NCBI GenBank assembly: GCA_964016885.1
Contig: OZ024748.1
Location: 14,384,001-14,448,000 of the forward strand
Direction of reading: 5' to 3'
DNA from: Eledone cirrhosa
Taxonomy: Eukaryota
DNA length: 64,000 nucleotides
Part shown: in pieces, positions 41,901 through 53,908 of the stretch
Position numbering within the stretch: the first letter of the stretch is position 1
Layout: the number at the start of each line of letters is the position of its first letter
Notes under the pieces: generated by a model
What the model was told of the DNA's origin: nothing
The model's database searches: none
The model's input: the letters and a program-made list of their open reading frames with translations, nothing else
Translations under genes and position numbers: made by a program

Positions 41901-44900
41901 TGTTTGCCAGGACTTAAGTGTCCCTTCTACATTATCAGTTTTCATTTAGAGTTGCTGCTCTTCTAGACAAGTATTTATTCAGAATAATGCTATTCTAGAT
42001 GGATAGCTTTCATTGCAGCTTACAGAGTGTCTGTCTACTCTCTGCAATCTAAAGCTGAACAAATTGCTATAGAACATAACATTTTTGTATACTATGGTTT
42101 TTACATAACTCTATTTCTATTTTCAGTGATTTGTAGACAAAGTTTTATTGCATAGTTAAACATGAATTTGCTAACACAATTCTACTGTTGCTCTGCTATA
42201 GAGAAATTAATTATCATATTAAAATAATATATAGATTATATTGAGGTATTGCAGACGGCTTGCTCTGTAAATCACAGCTATATCAACAATAAGTATTTCA
42301 ATCAATATTATTTACTCAGTTATATGTAAAATTTGAAATACTGGATGAAGCCAATTGGAAACTTGATCAAGCTCTTGTTAGAATTAAGTCAAAGCTGAAA
42401 AGTTAAATGAATATCGATGCAATGGGAAGATAATAGAAGATTTTATGTCGAGTGGTTTTCAAAAGATTTATTAGAAGACTGTTACGTAAATATAGTAATT
42501 GATGATATTTTGTCTAACTTACATAACATGACGTGTCTGTATGCCTCTTCCACAAGTTTTCGGGGATCGATACACACAAGAAGACCATCCGTCATGTCGC
42601 CATACATATTCCTTACAATCAGCTTTGCAAAGTTTCGTTTGGATTTCTGCCTGCAAACAATAGAAATAATAGTAAGCATTCACAGAGTATAACTATGATT
42701 AAATCTTACATGATAAATTAGTTTTGTATTCAGATTCTCTCAAGCCAATCTCTCTATCAAACATTATTCTATTTAAATATATCAGCTTAAACCTATGTAA
42801 CATGACTAATACAAGGATTTCTCCATCTTCCTTTACTGAGTCCAGATATACATTATAAAGTTTAATTGGGTAAACAAGAGCAGCTTCTGTGATGCAAGGA
42901 ATCATACAATTTAGAAATAAGAACTTTTACAAAACAAGATGGCAGTCCCCTGATTATTTGTTACATAGATTTATGTGAAAGGCAAATAATATTTATTCTG
43001 AGCTATGATCAGATTATACCTTTCATTACCATACTTCTAATAATATAGTTCAATTAATTAATGAAGAATTTTGATGTATCTACTAAAATTATTCAAGGTA
43101 AATTCTACTTTTCATCCTTTCAAGGTCAATAAAAAAGTACCCGTTTAGTACTGGTGTCGATTCTTCCTCTATATCTTTTACTCACATCAATTTCCAGAAT
43201 AAATCTGCAGTATTCAGACCTAGAGAGAGATGGGTGCCACCAGGTTTAAAAATAACCTATAAAGGCTGTATATCAATGCAATACCACTACGATACCCTCA
43301 GGTGTTACGGAACCATATCATACTAAAATTATTAACTATTTCTTTATTAAGATAGTATTTGTGACATAATGTAACACAAAAGGTCTTTTTATGAAATTAT
43401 ATTGCAAGGTTTTAATTTAAATAGGACCTCTTAACTAGGTGTAAGATGCAAATTCCATTTTCCTTGAAGAAAATAAAACAGGCATCTCCTATGGATGATT
43501 CTCCTATGGGTCAACTTGCTGCAGGCCACTGACCAGTTTATGGTATTTTTATTTTTCATTTCTTACTTGGTAGAGCTAAAGGAAAAGACAAGGCCCATGG
43601 CCTTCAAAGGCCCTCTGAGAACAAAGATCAGAATGTTGATACCATTGATGTTTCTGTTTACATCATTGAAGTAGTTCAGTAGTAGTATAAGGTGCTATAA
43701 TGTAAGAACTAGTATAACAGAATGAATATTAACTACTTTAATGTTAAAGCAGGTTCTCTAACAAGGAAAAATTAGAGACATGAGATGATGGAATTTATTA
43801 TAAAAACAGGAAACAATTTATAACACAAACCCTGGTTCTGCTGCCCACAAAGCAGAGAAGGAGAAGATAGTTAAATACCGGGGACTGGCTGACCATTTCC
43901 TCTTTGTACCAGTCTCTGTCAAGACCTCTGGTGGCCTTTGTCCCAGCCTTGCTGACTTCCTTTGCAAAATCGGAAAGACAGCAGCCTGATCGAAGAAAGA
44001 ACCCTGTGGGATGTGGTAGCTGTTGTAGTGGGTATCTCTGGCTATTATCTACAGTAATGAATGCCTTTGCTATTTTCTCCATTGGTCACAGCTGAAACAT
44101 CATTCAGACTGGGGTGTAATGCCTGTCTCTCCCCTCTCCTTTCCTTTCCTTGCTTAATTCTTTTTCCTTTTTCTTCTTTTCATTTCCCTTTTGTATTATT
44201 TTAATAGTGTGTTTTGTTATGGCATAAACAGCTTTGTAAAATAAAAGAATATTAACAAAATATCTTATAACAGATAAGTTAGATTAGATAATAGAATTAT
44301 TCATGTGTAAACTTGGCTCTCTTTAGACAGATAGCGTTTTTCAGAGATATGGTATATAATGTAATGTAGAGAGTGTTAAATCAAAGGGGGGTAATCTAGT
44401 TGCTGTGTACTGTTTGTGTGTAAGCTTGGCATTTTCCAGCCAGATAACTTTCCTCATAAATATGGTATGTAATGAAAGGTAGAGAGTGCTAACTCAAAGG
44501 GGGGTAATCCAGTTGTGTACTTTTATGTGTAAGCTTGGCTCTTTTCAATCACATAGATATAATATATAATTGTTTCTATTTTAGGCACAAGGCCAGCAAA
44601 TACCCAGTACATTACTGGTACTTTATTTTATCGACCCCGTAAGGATGAAAGGCAAAGTTAACCTCGGCGGGATTTGAACTCAGATCATAAAGGGACGTAA
44701 CTCTATGCTTCAAAGCATGGAATATATAATGTGAGGTAGAAACATTGTTAACCCTTTTGATACCAAACTTTCCCAAACCACTTCTGGTTCTATGAAACAA
44801 ATCACAAATTTTAAAGAGTTTCTATTTAAATTACAATTTTACAATACAATTTTATATAAGAACCATATGTTAAAATACTATTGTAATAACAATATAATAA

Positions 44901-47900
44901 TTTTAGGAAGTCTCACCACATTCTTCATTAATTAAATGAAATGGAGTGTATTTCATTAGCAATACAGTAATGAAAAGACTAAACCGAGGGGAGTAATCCT
45001 GTGATTGCGTAATATTTGTGTGTAAACTTGGCTCTCCTCGGTTAGGTAGATTTTTCATATATATAATGGAGGATAGAGAGAGCATTAACCCAAGGGGGGT
45101 AATCAATCTAACAAGTATAGAATATATTTGTATTTTCTATGTAGTGTGTATGTTAACACCAATGAGACATTGCCAGGTAGTTTTAAAACATCAAGAAGTA
45201 TATAGTAACCCATTAATTCATTAAAAAATATCTCATGTCCTCTGCAAAACACCAGCAAACATTTTGCTTCAAGGATCCCTACACGTAAAAAAAATCTACT
45301 TTCTATTCACACCCAAATAATTTAATTGAATACAAAATTACAAAACATAACTAATTTATCAGTGTTTAATACATCTTACAAGATAAACGCATCAGTAAAA
45401 CTGCAAATGCAAACACATTTAATACTTGAGTTATTTTTTAATGGGAAAGATGGGTATGAGGGGTTTGGAGAAGATCACAAATGTTAGGGTGCTGGTTTGT
45501 GAGTCTGAGCCACTTACTACTACATTCTATATTCAAAGTGATTCTCTGTTTGCTTAGAAATAATATGCACATGGCCAAAATCCAGAATCCACCATATATG
45601 AACCTGGAAAACTTATAAATGATTTAGCATTTAAACGAGCCAAATCTGGCCAGAATTCTCTCACCTCTTTCTCTTCAAACCAGCCATAACTAGCTGCTCA
45701 TATTGACATTAAGGTATGGTTCTTAAAATAATTAATATCAAAATCTTGTAGATTCAATATTATGTGAGATAATTATGTGAGATATACGATGAAAATATAA
45801 TAGTATATATAGAGAAATGTAAATGCTGAAGGGTTAAAATGGGATTAAAAATTACTTAAATCTAGTCAAATCACTAATGTTGACCCCCTAAGCTTTTATC
45901 AACCTCTGAAAATATTTTATTCATGTCTAGGCTCTATATGGAGAAGCCTTACAATGTAAGTAGCAACACTGTTCATAGTTGAAGAATTGTGTGGGGAGGA
46001 TGGAAAAGAGAAATGTTTATCTATTTTATCATTTAATACATTTATTGAAGTGTAAATCATGTATATAGAAAGTTTAGCAATGTATGTTAAATGCCATAGA
46101 CTTTCTAAGCAAATAGGTTAATCAAAAAATCATTGTAATTCTAAGTTTGTTGAACTGCTCTCAGAATAATTGTTTTTACTTTTGGCACAAGGCCAGCAAT
46201 TATCCCAGTGCATTACTGGTACTTTATTTTATCGACCCCATATGGATGAAAGGCAAAGTTAACCTCGGCGGGATTTGAACTCAGACTGTAAAGAGACTTA
46301 ACTATGCTGGAAAGCATGGCATCCAACCCTCTACCGATACTGCCAATCCACAAGAAGATAATGAAAATGACAGTGAAAGTATGTTTAACTCTTTCAGGCC
46401 AAGAAACTTGATCTGTTAAATAAATAATAACACTGAAACTGAATTAGATTTCTTAGTTCTTTTGATAAAAGAGAAAGAGAAGGTATTAGCAATAATTAGC
46501 TCTTAATTGTCTCTCGTTTACGTAGTGCATTTTTGACAAAATAGCTATAAAATAGTGAAATAAATAAAGAAAAGAATACTTAGTAATTTTAATTGAATTT
46601 TCAAGTTTATCATTGAGAATATGCTTCAGGGTTAGTAACAGTTTTATAGTTTCATTATTAAAATAGTGCAGTTTAAACATATACTTCACTTCTTAATTCA
46701 GAATCAAGCCTATATTTCTTGTTACAAATTAACCCTTCTCTAGTAAATAACCTGACATTATTGGCCTCTGATTTTATGATTCAAAGCCATTTGTTTAAAA
46801 GTGTTTATATTTATCTAAAATCTTTTCATCATTATGTAAGAATCTTTATAAAGTTATGTTCCAAATGCCAGCTTCAAAATGAGAAATTTAGTTATATTAC
46901 AAAATTTCTATGTATTCTTTATTTTCAAGATGATTTGAAAATCAGAGGCAGTGGATTTTATTTGAAATATGGTAATGAAAGGGTTAAGGAATCTGTCATA
47001 TATTCTATTTATCATATACTCATCTATATCATCACCATCGTTTTAATATCCACTTTCACTTTACTTGGTTAGATGTCCTACTTGACACAAACCTCTATAT
47101 TTGTGGTATTGCTGGAGATATGATAACATACTCTCAGTATATGCTGTTAAGTGGTCAGCATTAGGAAGAGCATCCAGCCATAGAAATCAAACCAAACAGA
47201 GTCTGTGAGCAAAGTGTAGTCACCTGAGCAGTCTAGCCTCAGCTTCAAACAGCCCATCTAACCAATGCAAGAATGGAAAAGAGACAGCAAATCGTGGAGG
47301 TAATGATGATATAGATCATCATCACCACAAATTGCTGTGTCTTTTCCATGCTTGCATTGGTTATCATCATCATCCTCATCATCATTTAGCATCCATTTTC
47401 CCGTGCTAGCGAGGTTAGATGAGTTGTCGCAATGTGAGACAAGTCAGATCAAATGACCATGTTTTGTTCATACAGAACTGTTTCTGGCTTGGGTTCTACA
47501 CTCGGATGCTCTTCCTAACACCAACCACATTTACAGTGTCAACTGGGTACTTTTTATCATGGCATCAAAACGACCATTTTACAGTGTATACTGGATGCTT
47601 TTTGTGGATTGATTGCTTTTTGTCCTGGTGCCAATATAACCACTATATAGTGTGCACTGAGTGCTTTTTGTTGTGTCAACAAGAAGACTACTTTAGAGTG
47701 TGGACTAGGCATTAGATATCATCATCATCATTTAATGTCCATTTTGCATGCTAGCATAGGTAAGAGATGTTGTCATGTTATAGAATAAGTCAGGTCCAAG
47801 GACCACATCTTGTCAGGTCCATTGACCACAGATCAATATTTTGGCTTGGTTTCAACAGCTGGATGCCCTTCCTAATACCATCCCCATTACTGTGTAGACT

Positions 47901-49660
47901 GGGTGCTTTTTATTGTGGCACCAAAACGAGCAGCTTACGTGAACTGGGCACTTTTTGTCATGCCACCAACACAACCACTTTACAGTGTGAACAGGCTGCT
48001 TTTTGTCATGTCACCAGCACAACCACCTTAAAGTGTGGACTGGGAGCTTTTTGTTGTATAACCAGAATGACCACATTACATTGTGGACAAGGTGCCTTTT
48101 ATATACTGCTACTAATTGTTCATCAAACTTTACAAGAAAAAGATGTAAAAGAAAGGATTCGATCATCAAATCAGACCAAAGAAACAATATTTCAATTGGT
48201 CTCTCCATTGATGAAAATGTCATCTACAACTCCTGCTAGAAGAAAGTAGTTGATCCATTAGATTGGACGAAGGAAACAATGTCTCCCTTGGTATTTTCAT
48301 TGCTGTTACTATCTACCAATTGCACTCCTAGCAGGAAGAACAAAGAATTTTGCTCAAGAACACAATGTTCTCCTCAGAATTGAACCCACAACCTAATCCC
48401 TAGGCCACACTCCTTCCTGTAGAAAATTAATAAAAATGTGCTCATGTATTTTTTTATGAAGGTTTGGACAGCAGAAATAATAAAACTGCCAGAGAAAGGG
48501 AGAGATTGCAGAGTTAGTGCAATAAAGGTTAAAATGAGATGTGAAGTATTTATATAATGAGATATAAAATGGCCGATGACTTAAAACAGAGAAAAGCTTG
48601 CCAAATAAATAAGTTATTATAATTTGCTGCAGACTTCAAAATTTGTTTTGACAGTCAGTTTCTTTGGGATTAAGTGAAGTATGAAGAACATAATGTTTGT
48701 ATAATGAGAGTTAGCTATCAGTTTTATGACGGCTTGGTTTTTATTGCTCATCACATAGATTACCAATCCCAAATATAATACCAAATTTGGGTTTCTTTGT
48801 GTGTTGTTTCTGTTGATTCTGTTACAAATGCAGGTTTTTAACAGATTTCATGGATAATTTCATTTGGAAAAATGACAACATGATTACTCAACCTTCAACT
48901 AATCAATGTTTATTTCTGTTTTGGTTGTTTTTAAATCAACAATGAAAGGAAAAAATATTATTGTGACCTGCCCTAACTTCACCTTATTCACCCCATCTTC
49001 ATTCATACCCCCTCTAAAGTTTGGTGGGGTTTGACTGCTTCATGTCTAAATGCTACAACTCTGAACTGCCAGATGTTGGTCAAAAACATCAGACATCAGA
49101 CATTTCTTAGTAATTAGTTCAGATTCATTGAGTGTAAAAGTTAATAGTTAAACCATAAATTGGAATCTGTCCAACTTTCAGTCTTTTAAAAACTGAAATC
49201 TCTGCATTTGTTAGATTTTGCATTTGAAGCTTTTGTCATTTATTGTTGCGTAGAAATTTTATTTGCTAAACTTTGTGCATATTTTTCAAATTGAGTTTTC
49301 ATATTTTCATATATTCTTTCTTTTTTTCTAACTATTTTCATACTTAAAATTCTTTTTTATGATTAAATCATCGAAACGCCAAGTGAAGTGAAAGTCGATG
49401 TAGTGATAATTCTGAGCAAATATTTAACCTAGAGTCGATTTGTTAGGTGAAGCAGAAATTATATTAAGAGTATTTTAACCTTTTATGTGTCTACTATTAT
49501 TAGGTTAACCCATTTCATGCATGGAATAACCCAGTTGTGGTGGTTAAACACTTTCTTCCATATCTGTGGTGCAAAGAAGACAAACTAAATCTCTGACACG
49601 ATTTTATTGTTTAATATGTTTATCTCCTCTCTCAACTTCATAACCTCACTACTTATAGTT

Positions 49661-49699
<39 letters not shown>

Positions 49700-49742
49700 C
49701 ACATATATATATACATATATATATATACATATATATATATAC

Positions 49743-49813
<71 letters not shown>

Positions 49814-49834
49814 CATATATATACATATACATAA

Positions 49835-49866
<32 letters not shown>

Positions 49867-49904
49867 ATATATATATACATAAATATATATATATATACAT
49901 ATAC

Positions 49905-49959
<55 letters not shown>

Positions 49960-49965
49960 CATACA

Positions 49966-50056
<91 letters not shown>

Positions 50057-50130
50057 ATATATACATATATATATATACATATATATATATACATATATAT
50101 ATACATATACATATATATATACATATATAC

Positions 50131-50167
<37 letters not shown>

Positions 50168-51238
50168 CATATATATGTACATATATATATATATATACAT
50201 ACACACACACATATATATATACATACACACACACATATATATATACATACACACACACATATATATATACATACACACACACACATATATATATATATAA
50301 CACAGAAGGAAATACAAACTAGAATGTTAAGCTTAACAGGTGCTAAACTATCACATGTCAGATGACAATAATATATTGTTTGTTAGAATGGAAAATATGG
50401 CAGAATATGTAGCATTCAGTTATGTCCCTTTACATCTTGAGTTGAAATACTGCTGAACATAGATCTATGATTTTCATCATTCTGGGGTGAAAAGTACACT
50501 GCCACAGAATTTGCATTTTATATACAACATTTACAACATCCACACAGTAACATGGTTTGGGTTAGGAAGGGTAGAAATCAAGCCAACATAGAGATCCATA
50601 TCAGCATGACATGTTCTCCAGATCTGACTTGTCTCATAATGTGATAACCTGTCTAACCCATGCAAGCCCGGAAATACTGACATTTTAATTATGATGATGA
50701 TGATTTTAAATTGAGGTTTTGTAGGTCCAGCGAAATATGAAAATGATTTTAAACTATCTTAAATTTTTTGTTTGGTTGGAGGCACAATGATACAGATAAT
50801 TATAAATAATAGTTGAATTATTTAACTATCTGTAAAATGGCAATGTCCCCTAAAAGTAAAGATGTTTTCGATTTACATATTTTAAAATAATTTTCACAGG
50901 TTTGGTTTTTTCCTCAACACTGATGTGATAAATCAAAACTACTAACCCTAACACTAATGACCTCTTTAATACTGAGTTCTGTTTTCAAAGATAAATCTTT
51001 GGGTGGGGACCATTTGAAGCAATAGAACTGAAAAAAAACCCCCAAAAATTAAGCAAACTTACGGAATCCCTAATGCCTAGATTTGGACATGGTCTTCCAC
51101 CAAATGAGGGTCTCTGTTCAACAGTTCGATACCTTTCACGGAAGCCATAACCACATGAAGCATTGCATATAGACCAAGCACTCCACTGTGACATCAGACA
51201 ATCTACTGGGCATGGAATTTTACAGGGTTCAACCTTAT
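14525..51238 (-). CDS. THSD7A: Partial multi-exon gene (span incl. introns): thrombospondin type-1 domain-containing protein 7-like (THSD7A/B co-orthologue), C-terminal ~621 aa
   Basis: 12 GT-AG exons splice in frame (1865 nt, no stops). They encode alternating WSxWSxC..CG.G.R.R TSP1 repeats, then [12 protein letters not shown] (human THSD7A, from memory: WCQRSDGINVTG), a CDPAC..C..C.C module and a TM helix. Confidence 0.93.
16662..16755 (-). CDS. THSD7A: THSD7-like exon K, transmembrane helix (phase 1 to 2): [32 protein letters not shown]
   Basis: Acceptor ttaatgtttcag, donor tg|gtaac. Hydrophobic stretch resembling the vertebrate WVYGVAAG...YLAC helix; both flanking phases fit. Confidence 0.88.
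17676..17894 (-). CDS. THSD7A: THSD7-like exon J (phase 1 to 1): [52 protein letters not shown] plus Thr-rich stalk
   Basis: Acceptor ttttcttatgtag, donor gtaagt. EGF-like Cys spacing as in the THSD7 membrane-proximal module. Confidence 0.9.
18882..19082 (-). CDS. THSD7A: THSD7-like exon I (phase 1 to 1): [17 protein letters not shown]...[26 protein letters not shown]
   Basis: Acceptor ttccatcatag, donor gtaaga, family-diagnostic WCxRSDxxNVTG. Confidence 0.93.
19517..19865 (-). mobile_element. tRNA-derived CORE-type SINE, close inverted relative of 7936-8313
   Basis: Near-identical head and body in reverse complement. Confidence 0.82.
22666..23620. repeat. Compound (TA)n/(TATACA)n microsatellite, about 950 bp, interrupted by short TE fragments
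   Basis: Direct reading. Similar tracts at 4637-5010, 14228-14476, 32281-32920, 49661-50298 and 62560-62715. Confidence 0.95.
23658..23719 (-). ncRNA. Minimal type-I hammerhead ribozyme
   Basis: tattttat-CUGACGA-aagtgtact..agtaaccctt-GAAA-tacgta-UA^ataaaata. Perfect 8-bp stem I, palindromic stem III. Confidence 0.78.
24378..24474 (-). CDS. THSD7A: THSD7-like exon H (phase 0 to 1): [32 protein letters not shown]
   Basis: Acceptor atgttctgtag, donor gtaaga, CPGEC..WSEWS motif. Confidence 0.91.
25714..25827 (-). CDS. THSD7A: THSD7-like exon G (phase 0 to 0): [38 protein letters not shown]
   Basis: Long pyrimidine tract then ttcaag acceptor (frame requires AAG); donor aag|gtagca; CGxGxQTRNITC motif. 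Confidence 0.85.
26780..27830. repeat. Degenerate ~39-bp minisatellite, interrupted by a LINE fragment (~26850-27090) and another insert
   Basis: Recurring tgtgacacttta..gt.tcactgataatctctaggtg units. Confidence 0.7.
28150..28295 (-). CDS. THSD7A: THSD7-like exon F (phase 1 to 0): [49 protein letters not shown]
   Basis: Acceptor ttcttgctatctacag, donor gag|gtaac. Not in the ORF track. Confidence 0.9.
28820..29280. mobile_element. Two adjacent, divergently oriented fold-back pLTR-like elements (IRs 28902-29040 and 29057-29209) in (TA)n
   Basis: 36-bp perfect outer IR and a 76-bp near-perfect IR; hammerhead or decayed-hammerhead motifs inside. Confidence 0.65.
29138..29175 (+). ncRNA. Minimal type-I hammerhead ribozyme (mirror copy on the - strand at 29091-29128)
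   Basis: cgag-CUGAGGA-t cc gctaa gg t-GAAA-caattg-UU^ctcg. Confidence 0.65.
29782..29896 (-). CDS. THSD7A: THSD7-like exon E (phase 0 to 1): [38 protein letters not shown]
   Basis: Acceptor ttccatttccttag, donor gtaagt, WSSWGPC TSP1 motif. Confidence 0.93.
31787..32059 (-). CDS. THSD7A: THSD7-like exon D (phase 0 to 0): [18 protein letters not shown]...WKVSEWTSC...[12 protein letters not shown]...HYCYE
   Basis: Acceptor ttttttcttcag, donor gtaagt, 91 codons. Confidence 0.93.
32981..33029 (+). ncRNA. Minimal type-I hammerhead ribozyme (stem III mismatch)
   Basis: ttgct-CUGAAGA-tgtcaaac ctcg gtttggaa-GAAA-caattt-UA^agcga, with AATAAA immediately after. Confidence 0.62.
33091..33290. mobile_element. 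Fold-back pLTR-like element in (TA)n
   Basis: About 70-bp imperfect IR arms (ggtaaccacagtaagtaa / ttacttactgtggttacc) with a TTGAGTAC motif. Confidence 0.55.
36430..36840 (-). mobile_element. RTE-clade-like LINE 3' fragment (relatives at 21560-21795+ and 24060-24210+)
   Basis: [30 protein letters not shown]-terminal motif; (GAA)/(GAT) tail. Confidence 0.65.
37472..37625 (-). CDS. THSD7A: THSD7-like exon C (phase 2 to 0): [51 protein letters not shown]
   Basis: Acceptor ctttttcttaattag, donor gtaagt. Confidence 0.92.
37925..38118 (-). mobile_element. Fold-back pLTR-like element (IR 38003-38118) in (TA)n
   Basis: 57-bp arms, 2-nt loop, GAGTACTC motif in the unique tail. Confidence 0.6.
42523..42650 (-). 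CDS. THSD7A: THSD7-like exon B (phase 0 to 2): [42 protein letters not shown]
   Basis: Acceptor tattgtttgcag, donor gtaagt. The ORF track shows the wrong frame here. Confidence 0.92.
49661..50298. repeat. Compound (TA)n/(CA)n microsatellite
   Basis: Direct reading; source of the 214-233 aa YI-repeat ORFs. Confidence 0.95.
51063..51238 (-). CDS. THSD7A: THSD7-like exon A (phase 1 to 0): [58 protein letters not shown]
   Basis: Acceptor ttttcttttgcag, donor gtaagt, TSP1 motif. Confidence 0.93.
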
Positions 51239-51663
51239 CTGCAAAAGAAAATGTTAAAGTTCAAGGAATTAAATTATGTTAAATTCAAATGAAACTGAAC
51301 TATTAACAAAACCAGCAGCATTTGCAATAAAAATAAATTTGAATAATATTCATAGAGAAATGGTTCTTCATATGAAAACACTTATATTTATGAACTTACA
51401 ATACTATCCTTGACAACTATCTGGATAATGTTCTTATTTTAAAACAAGAAAATTCTCTTTTTTTTTTGGCGGGGGGTTAAATATAGTTAATATTCAAATA
51501 AAAAATATGTTAGCAACAGAATCTATTAAGTGATTTGTACAAAATAAATTTTCTAGTATTTCTTAAAACATTATCTCTCTCTTCCCTATATATATATATA
51601 TGTGTATATACACACACATATACATGTATGCATTTCTGAGTTTTGTATCAAATGATAATAATA

Positions 51664-52400
51664 ATATTCAATTCATTTGCAAGCAGAGAGCCTCATTATG
51701 GTATGTGTTTTAGAAAACCGTCCTCATCATTTTGTTCTAGCAGTGAAAGAAAGAGACAATCAACAATAATATTTTTTTCTGGGTTATTGCCCTTTGTCAA
51801 CATTGTAGATCTCTATTCTCTGTCACATACTAGAACTCTTGAGAGTATATATTATTCTCTAAATTATACACTGGCTGATTACCCTAATTTGCATACCGAA
51901 TGATTTTATGGCTGGTTTTGCCAAAATTTAAAAACAAAATTAGTTTCACTTTAACATAGAGGATACGCAAATACATTGGTGAGTTTTAAATTGAATATAA
52001 TCAGCCGATGTATACTTTAGAGCAGGCAGTCAAACTGAGGGTCCCTCGAAGGCCACATGCGTCACATAGGTGTTGTCTGAGAGCCACACATGACAACTAA
52101 TTGTGCACATTACAACTTTTTAAATTTTATATTACGAAGCTAAAACATGCTCACGCTGTAAAAAATCTTTGTGCGAGCTGTTTATGTGCTGCAGGCTGCA
52201 GGCTGTATGTTTGTCATGCCTGCTTTAGAGAATACTATATTCTCAAGAGTTCTAGTATGTGACAGAGAAGAGAGATACACAATCTTGATAAAGGGTAATA
52301 ACCCAGAACCAATATTATCATCGATTGTTAAATGGATGATGATGGTCAGATAAAACAGATACCATTATGAGGCTGTCTGCTTGCAAATGAATTGAATATT
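51664..52400. mobile_element. Long fold-back MITE hosting the hAT insertion
   Basis: Arms over 200 bp: atattcaattcatttgcaagcag / ctgcttgcaaatgaattgaatat and ctctgtcacatactagaactcttgaga / tctcaagagttctagtatgtgacagag. Confidence 0.75.
52023..52222. mobile_element. hAT (Charlie-like) MITE
   Basis: CAGGCAGTCAAAC ... GTTTGTCATGCCTG with a perfect 8-bp TSD CTTTAGAG. Confidence 0.85.
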
Positions 52401-52466
52401 TCATTATTCGATATAAAACTCAATATTGCATTTACATACCCACTATGTTAGAATGAATCTAATTTT

Positions 52467-52500
<34 letters not shown>

Positions 52501-52934
52501 CATGTTTTTTTATCAGATAAACTGGAAAGGAATGATAAAGAATAAATAGTTTTAGATAATGTTCAATAATTTAGTCATAAAGGTGTGTCTTCTTGAAAAT
52601 TGAATTTAGGAAACATCTCATAGTTTATTTAGGATTTAAAATAGCTGGAATTTATTTTCTGGTTTTATGTAAAATGTTCATTTTCTACTGTTTTAATTGA
52701 TTATTTTTATTATTATTCTTTGAGTCTCAGTCATTGATGTTATTTAACTGGAAAGTTTGTTCAAATGAATATCAAGCTGCTACCTGCAGCCTCAGCTATT
52801 CAGGAGGTGTCAGAGAGTTCTTGCTGTTCCTAGTAAGCATGACTTTTGAAGTGTTCCAAAAAATGGGGCTGGACTAATCTTCTTTAAAACCATACTTGAA
52901 AACGCTTTGAAACAGTATCATTATTGTGGAAAAG

Positions 52935-53728
52935 AATTGCTTGGCAGTGCTACTGGGAGGCACTGCCAGTTCAGGATAAACTCTACAGGCATGGAAGTGC
53001 TGTCAGACAGACCTGCCCAAGATGCGTACATAGTGACGAAACCATTTTGCACACACTTGTCCAATGTCCGTGCATTACTGACTTGTGCAGTTATGTCGAA
53101 CAGCCATTGTTGCATGTAGAACGGATCTGGCTATCAGCCAAGTCCATAGTGAAGATCAACCCACCGCTTTCCTTGGCCAGGAAGAGCAGGCAATTTTCCT
53201 CTGTCTGGTGGCAGTTGCGAAAGAGGTTATATGGTGGACCACATTGAAAGGAATGAAGACAGAGACTTTTCTCTTCAGCCACACCCTCAGCAACTTCTTC
53301 AAATTTCATCTGAAAAGGAAGGTGAGGGTGGAGAGAGAAGTGCTACCTCCCAGTACATTTGATAAAAGGTGGATGAATGTGGCGAGAATGGCCCGTGTGA
53401 ATGGGCCTACTCTGATCATGCGCCTATAGGCTAGCTAATTTGAGGAGGGGAGGGGTGCTTTCCCTGGGTGCCCCAGAAGTGCAGGGTCATTCAGGTTTGG
53501 TGGGGTACCTGAGTCACACCTGGGTCATCCACCCCCCTATAGGGGAATTTATTTTGTTATATTTATGCATAGTTTATTTTATATTTTTTATATCTTCATT
53601 GTTAAATTAGTCTTGCCATTGTGCACTTTTACTTGAGCTTATTGTAAATCCCACTGTCCATGTCTTTGTATTGTCCGTTACATGTCAGCCCTTGTGGCCA
53701 ATAAATGAAATCATTATTATTATTATTA
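52935..53728 (+). mobile_element. 5'-truncated L1/Tx1-type LINE: frameshifted ORF2 C-terminal zinc-finger (zf-RVT-like) plus 3' UTR
   Basis: AWQCYWEALPVQDKL...CPRCVHSDETILHTLVQCP; AATAAA at ~53700 and an (ATT)n tail. Confidence 0.8.
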
Positions 53729-53908
53729 ATATTGTTATTTCCATTATTATTTTTATTGTGCATCATTACTGCTTTACTGAGCACAGCTCAGTGCATCTTA
53801 GTTATGAGCAATGTAGTTTTTCCTGACGTTTCTATTGTATATCATTATTATTATTACTGTAATGATTTACTAGAAAATATTCAAAAATTCGTTTGTTAAT
53901 TCAAATGT

